Source of the DNA: Ferruginibacter sp.
Lineage (GTDB): Bacteria > Bacteroidota > Bacteroidia > Chitinophagales > Chitinophagaceae
NCBI GenBank assembly: GCA_039922375.1
Contig: JBDSAA010000211.1
Coordinates: forward strand, 25,305-89,304
Length of the DNA: 64,000 nucleotides
Direction of reading: 5' to 3'
Shown here: one piece after another, positions 18,549 to 27,979 of the stretch
Layout: each line of letters begins with the position of its first letter
Position numbering within the stretch: the first letter of the stretch is position 1
Made by a program: the position numbers and the translations under genes
Notes under the pieces: model-generated
Database searches by the model: none
What the model was told of the DNA's origin: nothing
The model's input: the letters and a program-made list of their open reading frames with translations, nothing else

Positions 18549-19067
18549 CGGAATTATTGTATTATACTTGTTATAGGCCTTTATGTTGTTAGATAATTTT
18601 TTTGAACGGCTTTTTAAGGAAAGGATTATGCAGTTTTTTTAGCAATCTTACCCTGCGAAAATATTACTGAAGACCAGAGAAATTATTGCAGGGCGGCTAA
18701 GGTAAATGCAAATTACTTACTGATTAAGATTTGAGGTTGTTATTAACTTTATATAATGATTGTACACAGGTAATGCACAGGCAAAATTAGCTTATTAATA
18801 GGTTATGCACAGGACTATTAACAGGCTACAACCAAACAGAACGGCGTTAGGTAACAATTTATTAACATCGAAAATTCTATACATTTATTTTTCTGCACCG
18901 TGTGGCTGTTTTTTCACAGTTGTTTTTATGAAAATGAATTCCTAATTTCTAAAAAAAGCGAAATGAATCAGAGCAATAATTGTTTAGCATCTGAAATACT
19001 GCACCGGCTTTGTTTTTAAATTGCAAGGCTGTTTTGTTTAGCTTTTTTTACGGAAACTTTCAATAGC

Positions 19068-19075
19068 TATCTTTG
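19068..19075 (+). promoter_or_regulatory. Bacteroidetes -7 box TAtcTTTG for pheT
   Basis: Exact TAnnTTTG match, 25 nt upstream of the ATG at 19101. Confidence 0.5.
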
Positions 19076-19100
19076 CGCCTTAAATAAATTATCAAATTAG

Positions 19101-21527
19101 ATGACTATTAGTTACAATTGGCTTAGTGAGTATTTACCCGAAAAGGCAGACCCCGAAAAGTTAAGCAGGATATTAACCTCGATCGGCTTAGAAGTAGAAA
19201 GCCTAAAAAAATATGAAGAGATTAAAGGCGGGCTGCAAGGATTAATTGTAGGAGAAATATTGGAATGTACCAAGCATCCTGATGCAGATAAACTCAGTAT
19301 TACTTCTGTTGCAACAGGAACCGGGGAGCCAATTCAGATCGTGTGCGGAGCGCCCAATGTAGCGGCAGGTCAAAGGGTAGTAGTAGCACCCATTGGCACC
19401 ACCATTTATCCAACGGAAGGTCAGCCTTTAACGATGAAAAAAGTAAAGATCCGTGGGGTTGAAAGCCTGGGAATGATTTGCGCCGGCGATGAAATTGGCT
19501 TAAATGATGACCATGCCGGAATACTTGTATTACCTGCCGATACAAAAACAGGCATTGCAGCTGCGGAATATTTTAAACCGTACCAGGACTTCATCTTTGA
19601 GATCGGGCTTACACCCAACCGGATGGACGCAATGAGCCACATGGGAGTAGCCCGCGACGTTTGCGCATGGTTATCGCACCACAATAAAAAAGAAACACAC
19701 ATCAAATCTCCTTTCAAAAATAATTTTAAACCAGATCTCCCAGGCTTAAAGTTGGAGGTGATAATAGAGAATAACCTGGCTTGTCAACGTTATGCCGGTG
19801 TAAGCTTGCAGGGAGTAACCATTACTGATAGCCCCGTTTGGTTGCAGCAAAAATTAAAAAGTATAGGCCTAAGACCAATCAACAATATTGTAGATATTAC
19901 GAATTTCATATTGCACGAAACGGGCCAGCCGCTCCATGCCTTTGATGAGGATAAGGTAACCGGGAAAAAAATATTTGTAAAGAATCTGCCGGAGGCTACT
20001 CCATTTGTTACCCTCGATGAAAAAGAACGTAAGCTATCAGGAGAAGACTTGATGATTTGTAACGAAAATGCTCCGATGTGCATTGGTGGCGTATATGGCG
20101 GACTTAACAGCGGTGTCACAAAGGACACAAAAAATATCTTTTTAGAAAGCGCCTGGTTCAATCCATTAACCATTCGGAGAACTTCTTTACGACATGGGTT
20201 GCGTACCGATGCGGCTACCCGCTTTGAGAAGGGGGTTGACATCAGCAACACAGTAAATGTATTGAAGCGTGCTGCTGTCATGATCAAAGAAATTGCGGGG
20301 GGGCAAATTGCATCTGAAATTGTAGATGTGTACCCTGGTCCAAAAGTAAAGGCGGAAGTGGCCCTTAAATACCATTACTTAAAAAAACTGAGCGGGAAAA
20401 ATTATCATGGCGATACGATCAAAAACATTTTGACGGGCCTGGGGTTCGAGATCATTAAAGAAGGAATGGATGATTTGCGGGTAGCTGTGCCCTTTAGTAA
20501 ACCCGATATTACCCTGCCGGCAGATATAGTAGAAGAAATTATGCGGATTGACGGATTTGACAATGTCGACATTCCCGCTGCCATTAGTATTTCTCCTGCA
20601 GTTGAAACATTGGCCCAGGCCGCTGCTTACAAAGAAAAAATTTCGGCTTGCCTTGCAGGTATAGGATTTAATGAAATTTTTACCAACAGTATTACCAATG
20701 CTGCCTACTATGATGCGGACCTTCTGCAGACAACTGTAAAGATGATCAATAGCCTTAGCGCAGGGTTGAATATTATGCGGCCATCTATGATGGAAACAGG
20801 CCTGGAGACCGTTGCATATAATTGTAACCGCCGGAACAATGATCTTCAGTTATTTGAGTTTGGGAAAACCTATAGCACAACAGGAACAGGGCAATACGAA
20901 GAGCAGCAACATATAAGCATTTACATTACCGGTAATAATCATGCCGATGGCTGGAAAGAAAAAGGAGCTAAAGCGGATTTTTATTTTGCCAAGGGCATTT
21001 TTGAAAAAATAATTGCTTTATTAGGCTTAAAGATTAATGGTTATTCTGAGGCGGTCAATAGCAAGCTCGATAATTGCATCCATGCCACCATACAAAATGA
21101 GATCGTAGCTTTCCTGGGTATTGTTAATAAAAAAACATTGGATCTGTTTGATATCAAACAACCGGTTTTGTATATTGATATTAACTGGGATAAAGTATTA
21201 GCATTGAATAGTGCAATAAAAATACAATACAGCGAAATTCCAAAATTCCCTGCAGCCACCAGAGATCTGTCTATTGTTGTAGATAAGGGCCTTCGTTATG
21301 AAGCCGTAGAGAAAATAACCTATGCCGCAAAAGTTAATAAATTAAAATCTGTCAATCTATTCGATGTTTTTGAAAGCGAAAAATTGGGTTCAAATAAAAA
21401 ATCAATGGCTGTAAGCTTCACCTTTCTGGATGAAGAAAAGACGATGACCGATAAAGAAATTGATGCCATGATGGCTAGGATCATTTCATCGTATGAGAAA
21501 GAACTCAATGCAGAAATAAGGAAATAA
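19101..21527 (+). CDS. pheT: Phenylalanine--tRNA ligase beta subunit
   Basis: MTISYNWLSEYL start, tRNA-binding domain (HPDADKL), B3/4, B5 and FDX-ACB domains, about 800 aa. Confidence 0.95.
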   Translation: MTISYNWLSEYLPEKADPEKLSRILTSIGLEVESLKKYEEIKGGLQGLIVGEILECTKHPDADKLSITSVATGTGEPIQIVCGAPNVAAGQRVVVAPIGTTIYPTEGQPLTMKKVKIRGVESLGMICAGDEIGLNDDHAGILVLPADTKTGIAAAEYFKPYQDFIFEIGLTPNRMDAMSHMGVARDVCAWLSHHNKKETHIKSPFKNNFKPDLPGLKLEVIIENNLACQRYAGVSLQGVTITDSPVWLQQKLKSIGLRPINNIVDITNFILHETGQPLHAFDEDKVTGKKIFVKNLPEATPFVTLDEKERKLSGEDLMICNENAPMCIGGVYGGLNSGVTKDTKNIFLESAWFNPLTIRRTSLRHGLRTDAATRFEKGVDISNTVNVLKRAAVMIKEIAGGQIASEIVDVYPGPKVKAEVALKYHYLKKLSGKNYHGDTIKNILTGLGFEIIKEGMDDLRVAVPFSKPDITLPADIVEEIMRIDGFDNVDIPAAISISPAVETLAQAAAYKEKISACLAGIGFNEIFTNSITNAAYYDADLLQTTVKMINSLSAGLNIMRPSMMETGLETVAYNCNRRNNDLQLFEFGKTYSTTGTGQYEEQQHISIYITGNNHADGWKEKGAKADFYFAKGIFEKIIALLGLKINGYSEAVNSKLDNCIHATIQNEIVAFLGIVNKKTLDLFDIKQPVLYIDINWDKVLALNSAIKIQYSEIPKFPAATRDLSIVVDKGLRYEAVEKITYAAKVNKLKSVNLFDVFESEKLGSNKKSMAVSFTFLDEEKTMTDKEIDAMMARIISSYEKELNAEIRK

Positions 21528-21624
21528 TGCCTAATGTGAAAATGCGAAAATGAAAACGGAATAAATAATCTGCCAATTCTTAATTTCCCATTTTTCCAAT
21601 TTTCAATTTGCTTAATTTGCTTCA

Positions 21625-21912
21625 ATGAGTGATTTAGAAGAAAATATTAAAAGGATCAACAATAAACTTCAGCAGTTACTGAAGCATTACCATCAGTTGC
21701 AAAAAGAGAATGAGCAGCTTACAACTTCGATAAAAAATCTCAAGCTACTTCATCAAAATGACCAGGCACGAATTACTGAATTGGAACAACAGGCGGGCAT
21801 CTTGAAATCCGCCGCAGGAAAAATGAATGAAACCGACAAAAAATTGTTTGAAAAACACATCAACCAGTATATCAGGGAAATAGATAAATGTATTGGTTTA
21901 TTAAGCGAATAA
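21625..21912 (+). CDS. Coiled-coil protein upstream of zapA (function unknown)
   Basis: 95 aa with heptad-rich sequence. Its stop is 1 nt before the zapA start. Confidence 0.55.
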   Translation: MSDLEENIKRINNKLQQLLKHYHQLQKENEQLTTSIKNLKLLHQNDQARITELEQQAGILKSAAGKMNETDKKLFEKHINQYIREIDKCIGLLSE

Positions 21913-21913
21913 T

Positions 21914-22195
21914 ATGTCAGAATTAATCCCCATCAATATTTTAATAGGCGACAGAACGTATCGTATTAAAACACTTGCCAAAGACGAGGAAGTGATCCGG
22001 CGCACGCTGAAAGTTATCAACGACAAGATAATAGAGTTTAAAACTCAGTTTGCGGGAAAGGATATGCAGGATTATATCGCCATGGTAATGATCTGGTATG
22101 CCACCCAGGGAAGTTCAGAAAGTAACCCCGCTTTGGAAAAAGAAATGGCTGCCGCGTTGCTAAAAATGGAGGAGCAAATAGATAAAGCATTGTAA
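21914..22195 (+). CDS. zapA: Cell division protein ZapA
   Basis: INILIGDRTYRIK start, size and position immediately before rny, as in many Bacteroidota. Confidence 0.75.
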   Translation: MSELIPINILIGDRTYRIKTLAKDEEVIRRTLKVINDKIIEFKTQFAGKDMQDYIAMVMIWYATQGSSESNPALEKEMAAALLKMEEQIDKAL

Positions 22196-22335
22196 ATTAC
22201 CCACATATCACTTTATCTCCCTCGATTACTCTCCAAAAAAACATTTACCTTCGTTTATTAACCATCTTGCTCAACAATTTATGGGTACGAAGAGGGATTA
22301 TAAGATTGTGAACCGATTAAAAAACAAAAAAATCA

Positions 22336-23901
22336 ATGGAGCCAAACATACTTTCCATAGTCATAGGAGCGATTGCCCTGATCATAGGAATTTTATTAGG
22401 TAAATTTATTTTTGCCAAAAACACAAAAAAACAACTAGAAGAAGCAGAACACCAGGCACAAAAAATCATTGCTGATGGCCAGTTACAGGCCGAAAACTTA
22501 AAAAAAGAAAAGTTACTTGAGGCAAAGGAAAAATTTGTTCAGTTAAAATCTGATCACGACCGGGAAGTGATGCAACGTACGCAAAAAGCAAACGAGGCCG
22601 AAAACCGCATTAAGCAAAAAGAACAATCCATCAATCAAAAAGAGATCAACCTTGATAAGCAGATCAAAGACAATGAAGCCATCAAGGAAACGCTCAACCG
22701 TCAGATTGAAGTAGTAAATATAAAGCGCACCGAACTGGAAAAACACCAGGAGGAGCACATACGAAGGTTGGAAAAAGTAGCGGGCTTAAGTGCTGAAGAT
22801 GCAAAGACACAATTGATTGAAGGGCTCAAGCAAGAAGCGCAAACCAAGGCATTGGTCATTCAGCAGGAGATTATTGAAGAGGCTAAATTAAAAGCCAATA
22901 AAGAGGCCCGTAAAATTGTAATTCAAACCATACAGCGCACAGCCGCCGAACAGGCCATTGAAAATTCCATCACCGTATTTAACCTGGAAAGCGATGAAAT
23001 AAAAGGCTCAATTATCGGACGTGAAGGAAGAAATATCCGTGCAATCGAAGCTGCAACGGGCGTTGATCTGATTGTAGATGATACTCCTGAAGCAATTGTG
23101 CTGTCTTCATTTGACCCGTTGCGTCGGGAAATAGCCCGTCTATCCCTACAGCGCCTCGTAGCCGATGGCCGGATTCACCCTGCACGCATTGAAGAAGTGG
23201 TTGAAAAGACCAAGCGCCAGTTAGATGACCAGGTAATGGAAATTGGCGAGCGTACCGCAATGGAATTGGGTGTGCATGGTTTGCATAAAGAGTTGATCAG
23301 AATGGTTGGCCGTATGCGTTTCAGATCTTCTTATGGGCAAAATCTTCTAATGCATAGCCGTGAGACAGCTAACCTTTGTGCCATCATGGCGGCGGAGTTA
23401 GGCATGAACCCCAAATTGGCTAAAAGAGCAGGGCTGCTGCACGATATAGGAAAGGTTCCCGATGAAGAGACAGAATTAAGCCACGCATTGTTAGGAGCTA
23501 AGCTGGCAGAAAAATATGGTGAAAACCCGGCGGTTGTAAATGCAATCGGGGCTCACCATGATGAGATGGAAATGCAATATGTCATCTCGCCCATCATCCA
23601 GGCTTGCGATGCCATTAGTGGAGCGAGGCCGGGGGCAAGGCGTGAAATAATGCAGCAATACATCCAGCGGATCAAGGACCTGGAAAATTTGGCCCAGGCC
23701 TACCAGGGAGTAGAAAAAGCATACGCCATACAAGCAGGCCGTGAATTAAGAGTAATCGTAGAGGCAGACAAGGTAAGTGATGCGGACAGTGACAGGCTTA
23801 GTTTTGAAATAGCACAAAAAATCCAAACAGAAATGACCTTTCCGGGACAGATAAAAGTTACCGTAATCAGGGAAAAGCGAGCTGTAAATATTGCACGTTA
23901 A
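22336..23901 (+). CDS. rny: Ribonuclease Y
   Basis: N-terminal TM helix, long coiled coil, KH domain ([13 protein letters not shown]-type) and HD domain (LLHDIGK). Confidence 0.95.
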   Translation: MEPNILSIVIGAIALIIGILLGKFIFAKNTKKQLEEAEHQAQKIIADGQLQAENLKKEKLLEAKEKFVQLKSDHDREVMQRTQKANEAENRIKQKEQSINQKEINLDKQIKDNEAIKETLNRQIEVVNIKRTELEKHQEEHIRRLEKVAGLSAEDAKTQLIEGLKQEAQTKALVIQQEIIEEAKLKANKEARKIVIQTIQRTAAEQAIENSITVFNLESDEIKGSIIGREGRNIRAIEAATGVDLIVDDTPEAIVLSSFDPLRREIARLSLQRLVADGRIHPARIEEVVEKTKRQLDDQVMEIGERTAMELGVHGLHKELIRMVGRMRFRSSYGQNLLMHSRETANLCAIMAAELGMNPKLAKRAGLLHDIGKVPDEETELSHALLGAKLAEKYGENPAVVNAIGAHHDEMEMQYVISPIIQACDAISGARPGARREIMQQYIQRIKDLENLAQAYQGVEKAYAIQAGRELRVIVEADKVSDADSDRLSFEIAQKIQTEMTFPGQIKVTVIREKRAVNIAR

Positions 23902-23949
23902 TCTGGGCAACTTTTTATTATTTAACTCACTGCGCCGGCACTATATTTT

Positions 23950-23979
23950 GAGCTATCCTTGGTTGGATAGCTTTTTTTT
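23950..23979 (+). terminator. Intrinsic terminator of rny
   Basis: agctatcc ttggtt ggatagct followed by tttttttt. Confidence 0.8.
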
Positions 23980-24156
23980 AGCCAGGCTATTATCCCTGAT
24001 TAAACTTCAGTGGCGACGCTCCGTTCAACATTATAGCTTTGCTGATCTTTTTTACGTTTTAACCAGGAAAAATATTTATAGCAAAAAATATCCTTAACCC
24101 TTAATAAAATTATCAATTAAAAACCCCTACCTTCGCAGTCCGAAAAAATAAAGATT

Positions 24157-24522
24157 ATGAACGCAGTAGCATTTGTACACGAGCAGTTAACGGCAACCCC
24201 TGCCCTACCTAAGTTTAAAGCAGGTGATAACATCACCGTAAATTATAAAATTGTAGAAGGCACCAAAGAACGTATCCAAAGCTTCAAAGGCGATGTGATC
24301 AAGCGCCAGGGCACTGGAGCTACAGCTACTTTCACCGTACGTAAAATGAGTGACGGTGTAGGCGTTGAGCGTCTATTCCCTTTTTATTCACCCAATATCG
24401 AAAGCATTGTGCTGAATAAAGTAGGTAAAGTTCGCCGTGCGAAATTGTTCTACCTACGTGAAAGAAGCGGTAAGAGCGCCCGTATTCAGGAAAAAAGAAT
24501 GGCTGTTGCACTTAAGAAATAA
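24157..24522 (+). CDS. rplS: 50S ribosomal protein L19
   Basis: [33 protein letters not shown] is the classic L19 sequence. Confidence 0.95.
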   Translation: MNAVAFVHEQLTATPALPKFKAGDNITVNYKIVEGTKERIQSFKGDVIKRQGTGATATFTVRKMSDGVGVERLFPFYSPNIESIVLNKVGKVRRAKLFYLRERSGKSARIQEKRMAVALKK

Positions 24523-24548
24523 GCGACCAAGCCCCACAATATACTTTA

Positions 24549-24577
24549 AAAGCGAGATCATTGATTTCGCTTTTTTA
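24549..24577 (+). terminator. Intrinsic terminator of rplS
   Basis: aagcga gatcattgat ttcgctt followed by a T-run. Confidence 0.65.
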
Positions 24578-24662
24578 TTTAGGGTGAGACATGTTTTCAT
24601 TCTGGCACAGGACAATAAATGTTAATCGTTTCAGTTATGGTTTAAAATCCCAGGCATTTATC

Positions 24663-24788
24663 ATGAATAAAAGACATCTTCCGTTAGCTATTCTTCTCAT
24701 CGGCAGCTTATTAATTTCCTGCGCAAGAAGAATAACCACCTATGAAGCCGCCAATGGCAAAGCAAAATGCGGCCGCACTATTAGATAA
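24663..24788 (+). CDS. Possible small lipoprotein (41 aa)
   Basis: MNKRHLPLAILLIGSLLISC signal/lipobox from the internal ATG of ORF 24591..24788. No other support. Confidence 0.3.
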   Translation: MNKRHLPLAILLIGSLLISCARRITTYEAANGKAKCGRTIR

Positions 24789-24883
24789 AAGCATTGAATC
24801 TCAGCCTAAATACAAAGCATCTACGTTAACATGTTTACAACAGACTTTTTGTCCAAAAGCGAATAAATAGTCAATATTTGATT

Positions 24884-24891
24884 TATCTTTG
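24884..24891 (+). promoter_or_regulatory. Bacteroidetes -7 box TAtcTTTG for tatA
   Basis: Exact TAnnTTTG match, 17 nt upstream of the ATG at 24909. Confidence 0.5.
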
Positions 24892-24908
24892 TTTTTCAAA
24901 TTTATACT

Positions 24909-25190
24909 ATGATAGTTTCAAATGTATTAGCAACAGTCCTTTTATTTGGAATGCCCGGTGGCTCCGAATGGATATTTATTATCCTGGCGATAGTTTTACT
25001 ATTTGGCGGTAAAAAAATTCCGGAATTAATGAAAGGGATTGGTAAAGGCATGCGTGAGTTTAAAGATGCAAAAGAAAATGTGAAGAGTGAGATCGAAGAA
25101 GGTATGAAAGAAAAGGACAAAGAACAAGAATTAAGAGAATTAAGGCAACAACTGCAGCAGGCAAAGCAAGCGCAGGAATTGCCCAAGTAA
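24909..25190 (+). CDS. tatA: Twin-arginine translocase TatA/TatE family subunit
   Basis: LLFGGKKIPELMKGIGKGMREFKDA hinge and amphipathic-helix motif after one TM helix. Confidence 0.9.
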   Translation: MIVSNVLATVLLFGMPGGSEWIFIILAIVLLFGGKKIPELMKGIGKGMREFKDAKENVKSEIEEGMKEKDKEQELRELRQQLQQAKQAQELPK

Positions 25191-25213
25191 TTTTAAAATT
25201 ATTAATTAACTAC

Positions 25214-25253
25214 GGCTGAAGTAAATGACTGGTATTTGTCATTCACTTCAGCC
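25214..25253 (+). promoter_or_regulatory. Strong hairpin between tatA and gatA (terminator or attenuator-like, weak U-tract)
   Basis: ggctgaagtaaatgac tggtattt gtcattcacttcagcc, with 15 of 16 positions paired. Confidence 0.5.
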
Positions 25254-25283
25254 AATTTTATAACTGGTCAATCCCTGTATAAT

Positions 25284-26747
25284 TTGTTTAGTAACATATC
25301 TACCTACCATGAACAACTGCTCGCAGGCAAAACTACCTGCGTGGATGTTGTAAGCCATTACCTCGAACAGATAGGCCGTTACACACACTTAAACGCTTTT
25401 ACTGAAGTATATGCTACAGAAGCTTTGGAAAAGGCTGCCACACTGGACGCTAAACAAGGCACAGGTGAACCATTGGCTAAGTTGCATGGCGTAGTTGTCG
25501 GCCTAAAAGATGTGATATGCTACAAGGGCCACAAAGCCACTGCAGCTTCAAAAATATTGAATGGTTTTGTGTCGCTTTACAATGCCACCGCTGTTCAACG
25601 TCTGTTAGATGAAGATGCTATTATAATTGGCAATTGCAATTGCGATGAATTTGCAATGGGCAGTACCAACGAGAATTCTACTTATGGGAATGTACTCAAT
25701 GCGCTGGATGAAAGCAAGGTGCCAGGTGGCTCATCGGGCGGCAGTGCAGTAGCTGTACAGGCAGGCATGTGTATGGTTAGCCTTGGCAGTGATACCGGAG
25801 GTTCAGTTAGACAGCCTGCTGATTTTTGCGGGATAGTAGGCTTAAAGCCTACTTATGGCAGGATATCAAGATATGGCCTGATCGCCTATGCATCCTCCTT
25901 TGACCAGATCGGCATTTTTAGTAATAATATTGAAGATGCAGCATTAACCCTTAACGTGATAGCAGGTGCTGATGAGTATGATAGCACATCTGTTCCAAAT
26001 CTGCTGAATTTAAAACAGCCCGGAAAGGATGAAAGCACTGGAAATTATGTATTCAGCGAAACAAACAAAAAATACAAAATTGCTTATTTTGATGAAGCAC
26101 TATACCATCCTTCGCTGGACAAAGAAATCAAAGACAATATTTTATCCCTCATTGACACATTAAGATTGGATGGCCACACGGTGGAAGCTGTTAAGTTTGA
26201 CCTGTTGGACCATATTGTGCCTGCCTATTATGTTTTGACAACCGCTGAAGCGAGCAGTAACCTCAGCCGGTTTGATGGAGTACGATTTGGGCATAGAACC
26301 AGTGAAGCAGTAGCTGATTTAACAGAATTTTATAAACGCAACAGGAGCGAAGGTTTTGGCAAAGAAGTTAAACGGAGGATCTTGCTTGGTACGTTTGTGT
26401 TGAGTTCCGGTTATTATGATGCCTATTTTAGCAAGGCACAACAGGTAAGGCGGATGTTAACCGAAAAAACAATAGCTATTTTTAAGGATTACGATGCCAT
26501 TTTCCTTCCCACTGCCCCCACGACAGCCATGTCCATTGGAGAAGTTTCTGATGACCCTATTGCAATGTACCTGGCGGATATATACACCGTATTTGCCAAC
26601 CTCACCGGGCTACCCGGAATCTCAATCCCCTTATTTAAGCACACGAACGGGCTGCCTTTTGGCTTGCAGGTGCTTACAAATAAACTGGATGAATTAACTT
26701 TGCTGCAATTATCGGACTTATTGCTGCAACGATATAAACCGGCCTAG
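25284..26747 (+). CDS. gatA: Asp-tRNA(Asn)/Glu-tRNA(Gln) amidotransferase subunit A
   Basis: Amidase signature GGSSGGSAVAV and DTGGSVRQPA. There is no in-frame ATG near the 5' end, so the start is uncertain: TTG 25284, CTG 25275 or TTG 25236. The 25236 start lies inside the upstream hairpin. Confidence 0.9.
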   Translation: MFSNISTYHEQLLAGKTTCVDVVSHYLEQIGRYTHLNAFTEVYATEALEKAATLDAKQGTGEPLAKLHGVVVGLKDVICYKGHKATAASKILNGFVSLYNATAVQRLLDEDAIIIGNCNCDEFAMGSTNENSTYGNVLNALDESKVPGGSSGGSAVAVQAGMCMVSLGSDTGGSVRQPADFCGIVGLKPTYGRISRYGLIAYASSFDQIGIFSNNIEDAALTLNVIAGADEYDSTSVPNLLNLKQPGKDESTGNYVFSETNKKYKIAYFDEALYHPSLDKEIKDNILSLIDTLRLDGHTVEAVKFDLLDHIVPAYYVLTTAEASSNLSRFDGVRFGHRTSEAVADLTEFYKRNRSEGFGKEVKRRILLGTFVLSSGYYDAYFSKAQQVRRMLTEKTIAIFKDYDAIFLPTAPTTAMSIGEVSDDPIAMYLADIYTVFANLTGLPGISIPLFKHTNGLPFGLQVLTNKLDELTLLQLSDLLLQRYKPA

Positions 26748-26758
26748 CATTGAAATAA

Positions 26759-27976
26759 ATGACCAAATTCTTTACCATACCTTTTTTTTACTTGTTATTC
26801 CTGCATGTTTCCGGGGGTGAAATTTTTTCTCTCAAAGGAATTGGTTTACTTCAGGTAACCGCCGGGGATACAATGGTAGAAGGTGATATTGTAAAAGAAG
26901 ATGCGTTGATTGAAGAAGTGCTTAAATCCCGTACTGCTCCAAAAAAAGAAAAAGCCCAATATTTTAACCAGGTCACGAAATATGGTTTTAAAAATCTTTT
27001 CTCGAATTATAGCTATAACAGCGATCTTCCCTATAATGCTCAAATAAATCCGAATGCCGAGATCTTTGTACAAGATTACGTGAAAGCGCATGGAACTTAT
27101 TTACAAAAGATGAAAGGTTGGGGCCAGCCCTACTTCAACTTGATCGAGAGTGTATTGCAACAATATGGGCTGCCAAGGGAATTAAAATATATTGCTGTAA
27201 TTGAATCCAACTTAAGCACAGGCGCCACAAGCAATGTGGGAGCCGGCGGGCCATGGCAGTTTATGCCATATACCGCGAGGGACTATGGGCTTGTTGTAAA
27301 TGGCTACCTGGATGAACGCCGGGATTATTATAAAAGTACGCATGCTGCAGCCCGTTACTTGCTTTCATTATACAGGCATATGCATGACTGGTTGCTTGTA
27401 ATGGCAGCCTATAATGGCGGGCCGGGAAGGGTATACAGTGCCATGAAAAAAAGCGGCAGCAAAAACTTTTGGAACCTTCAATATTATTTGCCTGCTGAGT
27501 CGAGAACTTATGTAAAGCGGTTCATTGCTACTCATTATATTATGGAGGGCTCAGGTGGCATTACAACAAGTGGAGCCAGTACGTCGGGTGTAAACGATTT
27601 TTCGCCTGCAGAGATTAACAACCGGATTATTAATTCCGGCAGTGTGGAAAATTCTGGCGGGAAAAAAATTCTTTTACCTTCCAACCAATTAGTTGATATT
27701 GAAATGCTGCCAATTTCAGGTAAATACAATTCGTTGGTAATTGCCAAAAACCTTACCATGGACATTGCTTTATTCAATCATTTCAATCCAAACTTTGATG
27801 GAATAATGTCATCTGCAGGTAATTTTGATTTGCGGCTGCCACCTGACAAAATGCAACTATTTGTTATAAACAAATACCTCATACTGAATGAATCAGTACA
27901 GCTGTTGTTAAGCGGTGTTACTGTACCTGTAAACAAAATACTGTATCAGAAAGCAAAAGAAAAGAAAAGGTCATAA
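26759..27976 (+). CDS. Lytic transglycosylase (SLT domain) protein
   Basis: IAVIESNL...GAGGPWQFMPYTARDYGL...AAYNGGPGRV are SLT catalytic-region motifs. Confidence 0.8.
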   Translation: MTKFFTIPFFYLLFLHVSGGEIFSLKGIGLLQVTAGDTMVEGDIVKEDALIEEVLKSRTAPKKEKAQYFNQVTKYGFKNLFSNYSYNSDLPYNAQINPNAEIFVQDYVKAHGTYLQKMKGWGQPYFNLIESVLQQYGLPRELKYIAVIESNLSTGATSNVGAGGPWQFMPYTARDYGLVVNGYLDERRDYYKSTHAAARYLLSLYRHMHDWLLVMAAYNGGPGRVYSAMKKSGSKNFWNLQYYLPAESRTYVKRFIATHYIMEGSGGITTSGASTSGVNDFSPAEINNRIINSGSVENSGGKKILLPSNQLVDIEMLPISGKYNSLVIAKNLTMDIALFNHFNPNFDGIMSSAGNFDLRLPPDKMQLFVINKYLILNESVQLLLSGVTVPVNKILYQKAKEKKRS

Positions 27977-27979
27977 TAC

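Noticed and set aside
22196-22335. A 6S RNA (ssrS) downstream of zapA, as in the enterobacterial zapA-ssrS arrangement.
   Set aside because: The gap is only 140 nt. It contains a TAccTTCG -7-like box and what looks like the rny 5' UTR. I could not find the long irregular hairpin with a central bubble expected for 6S RNA.
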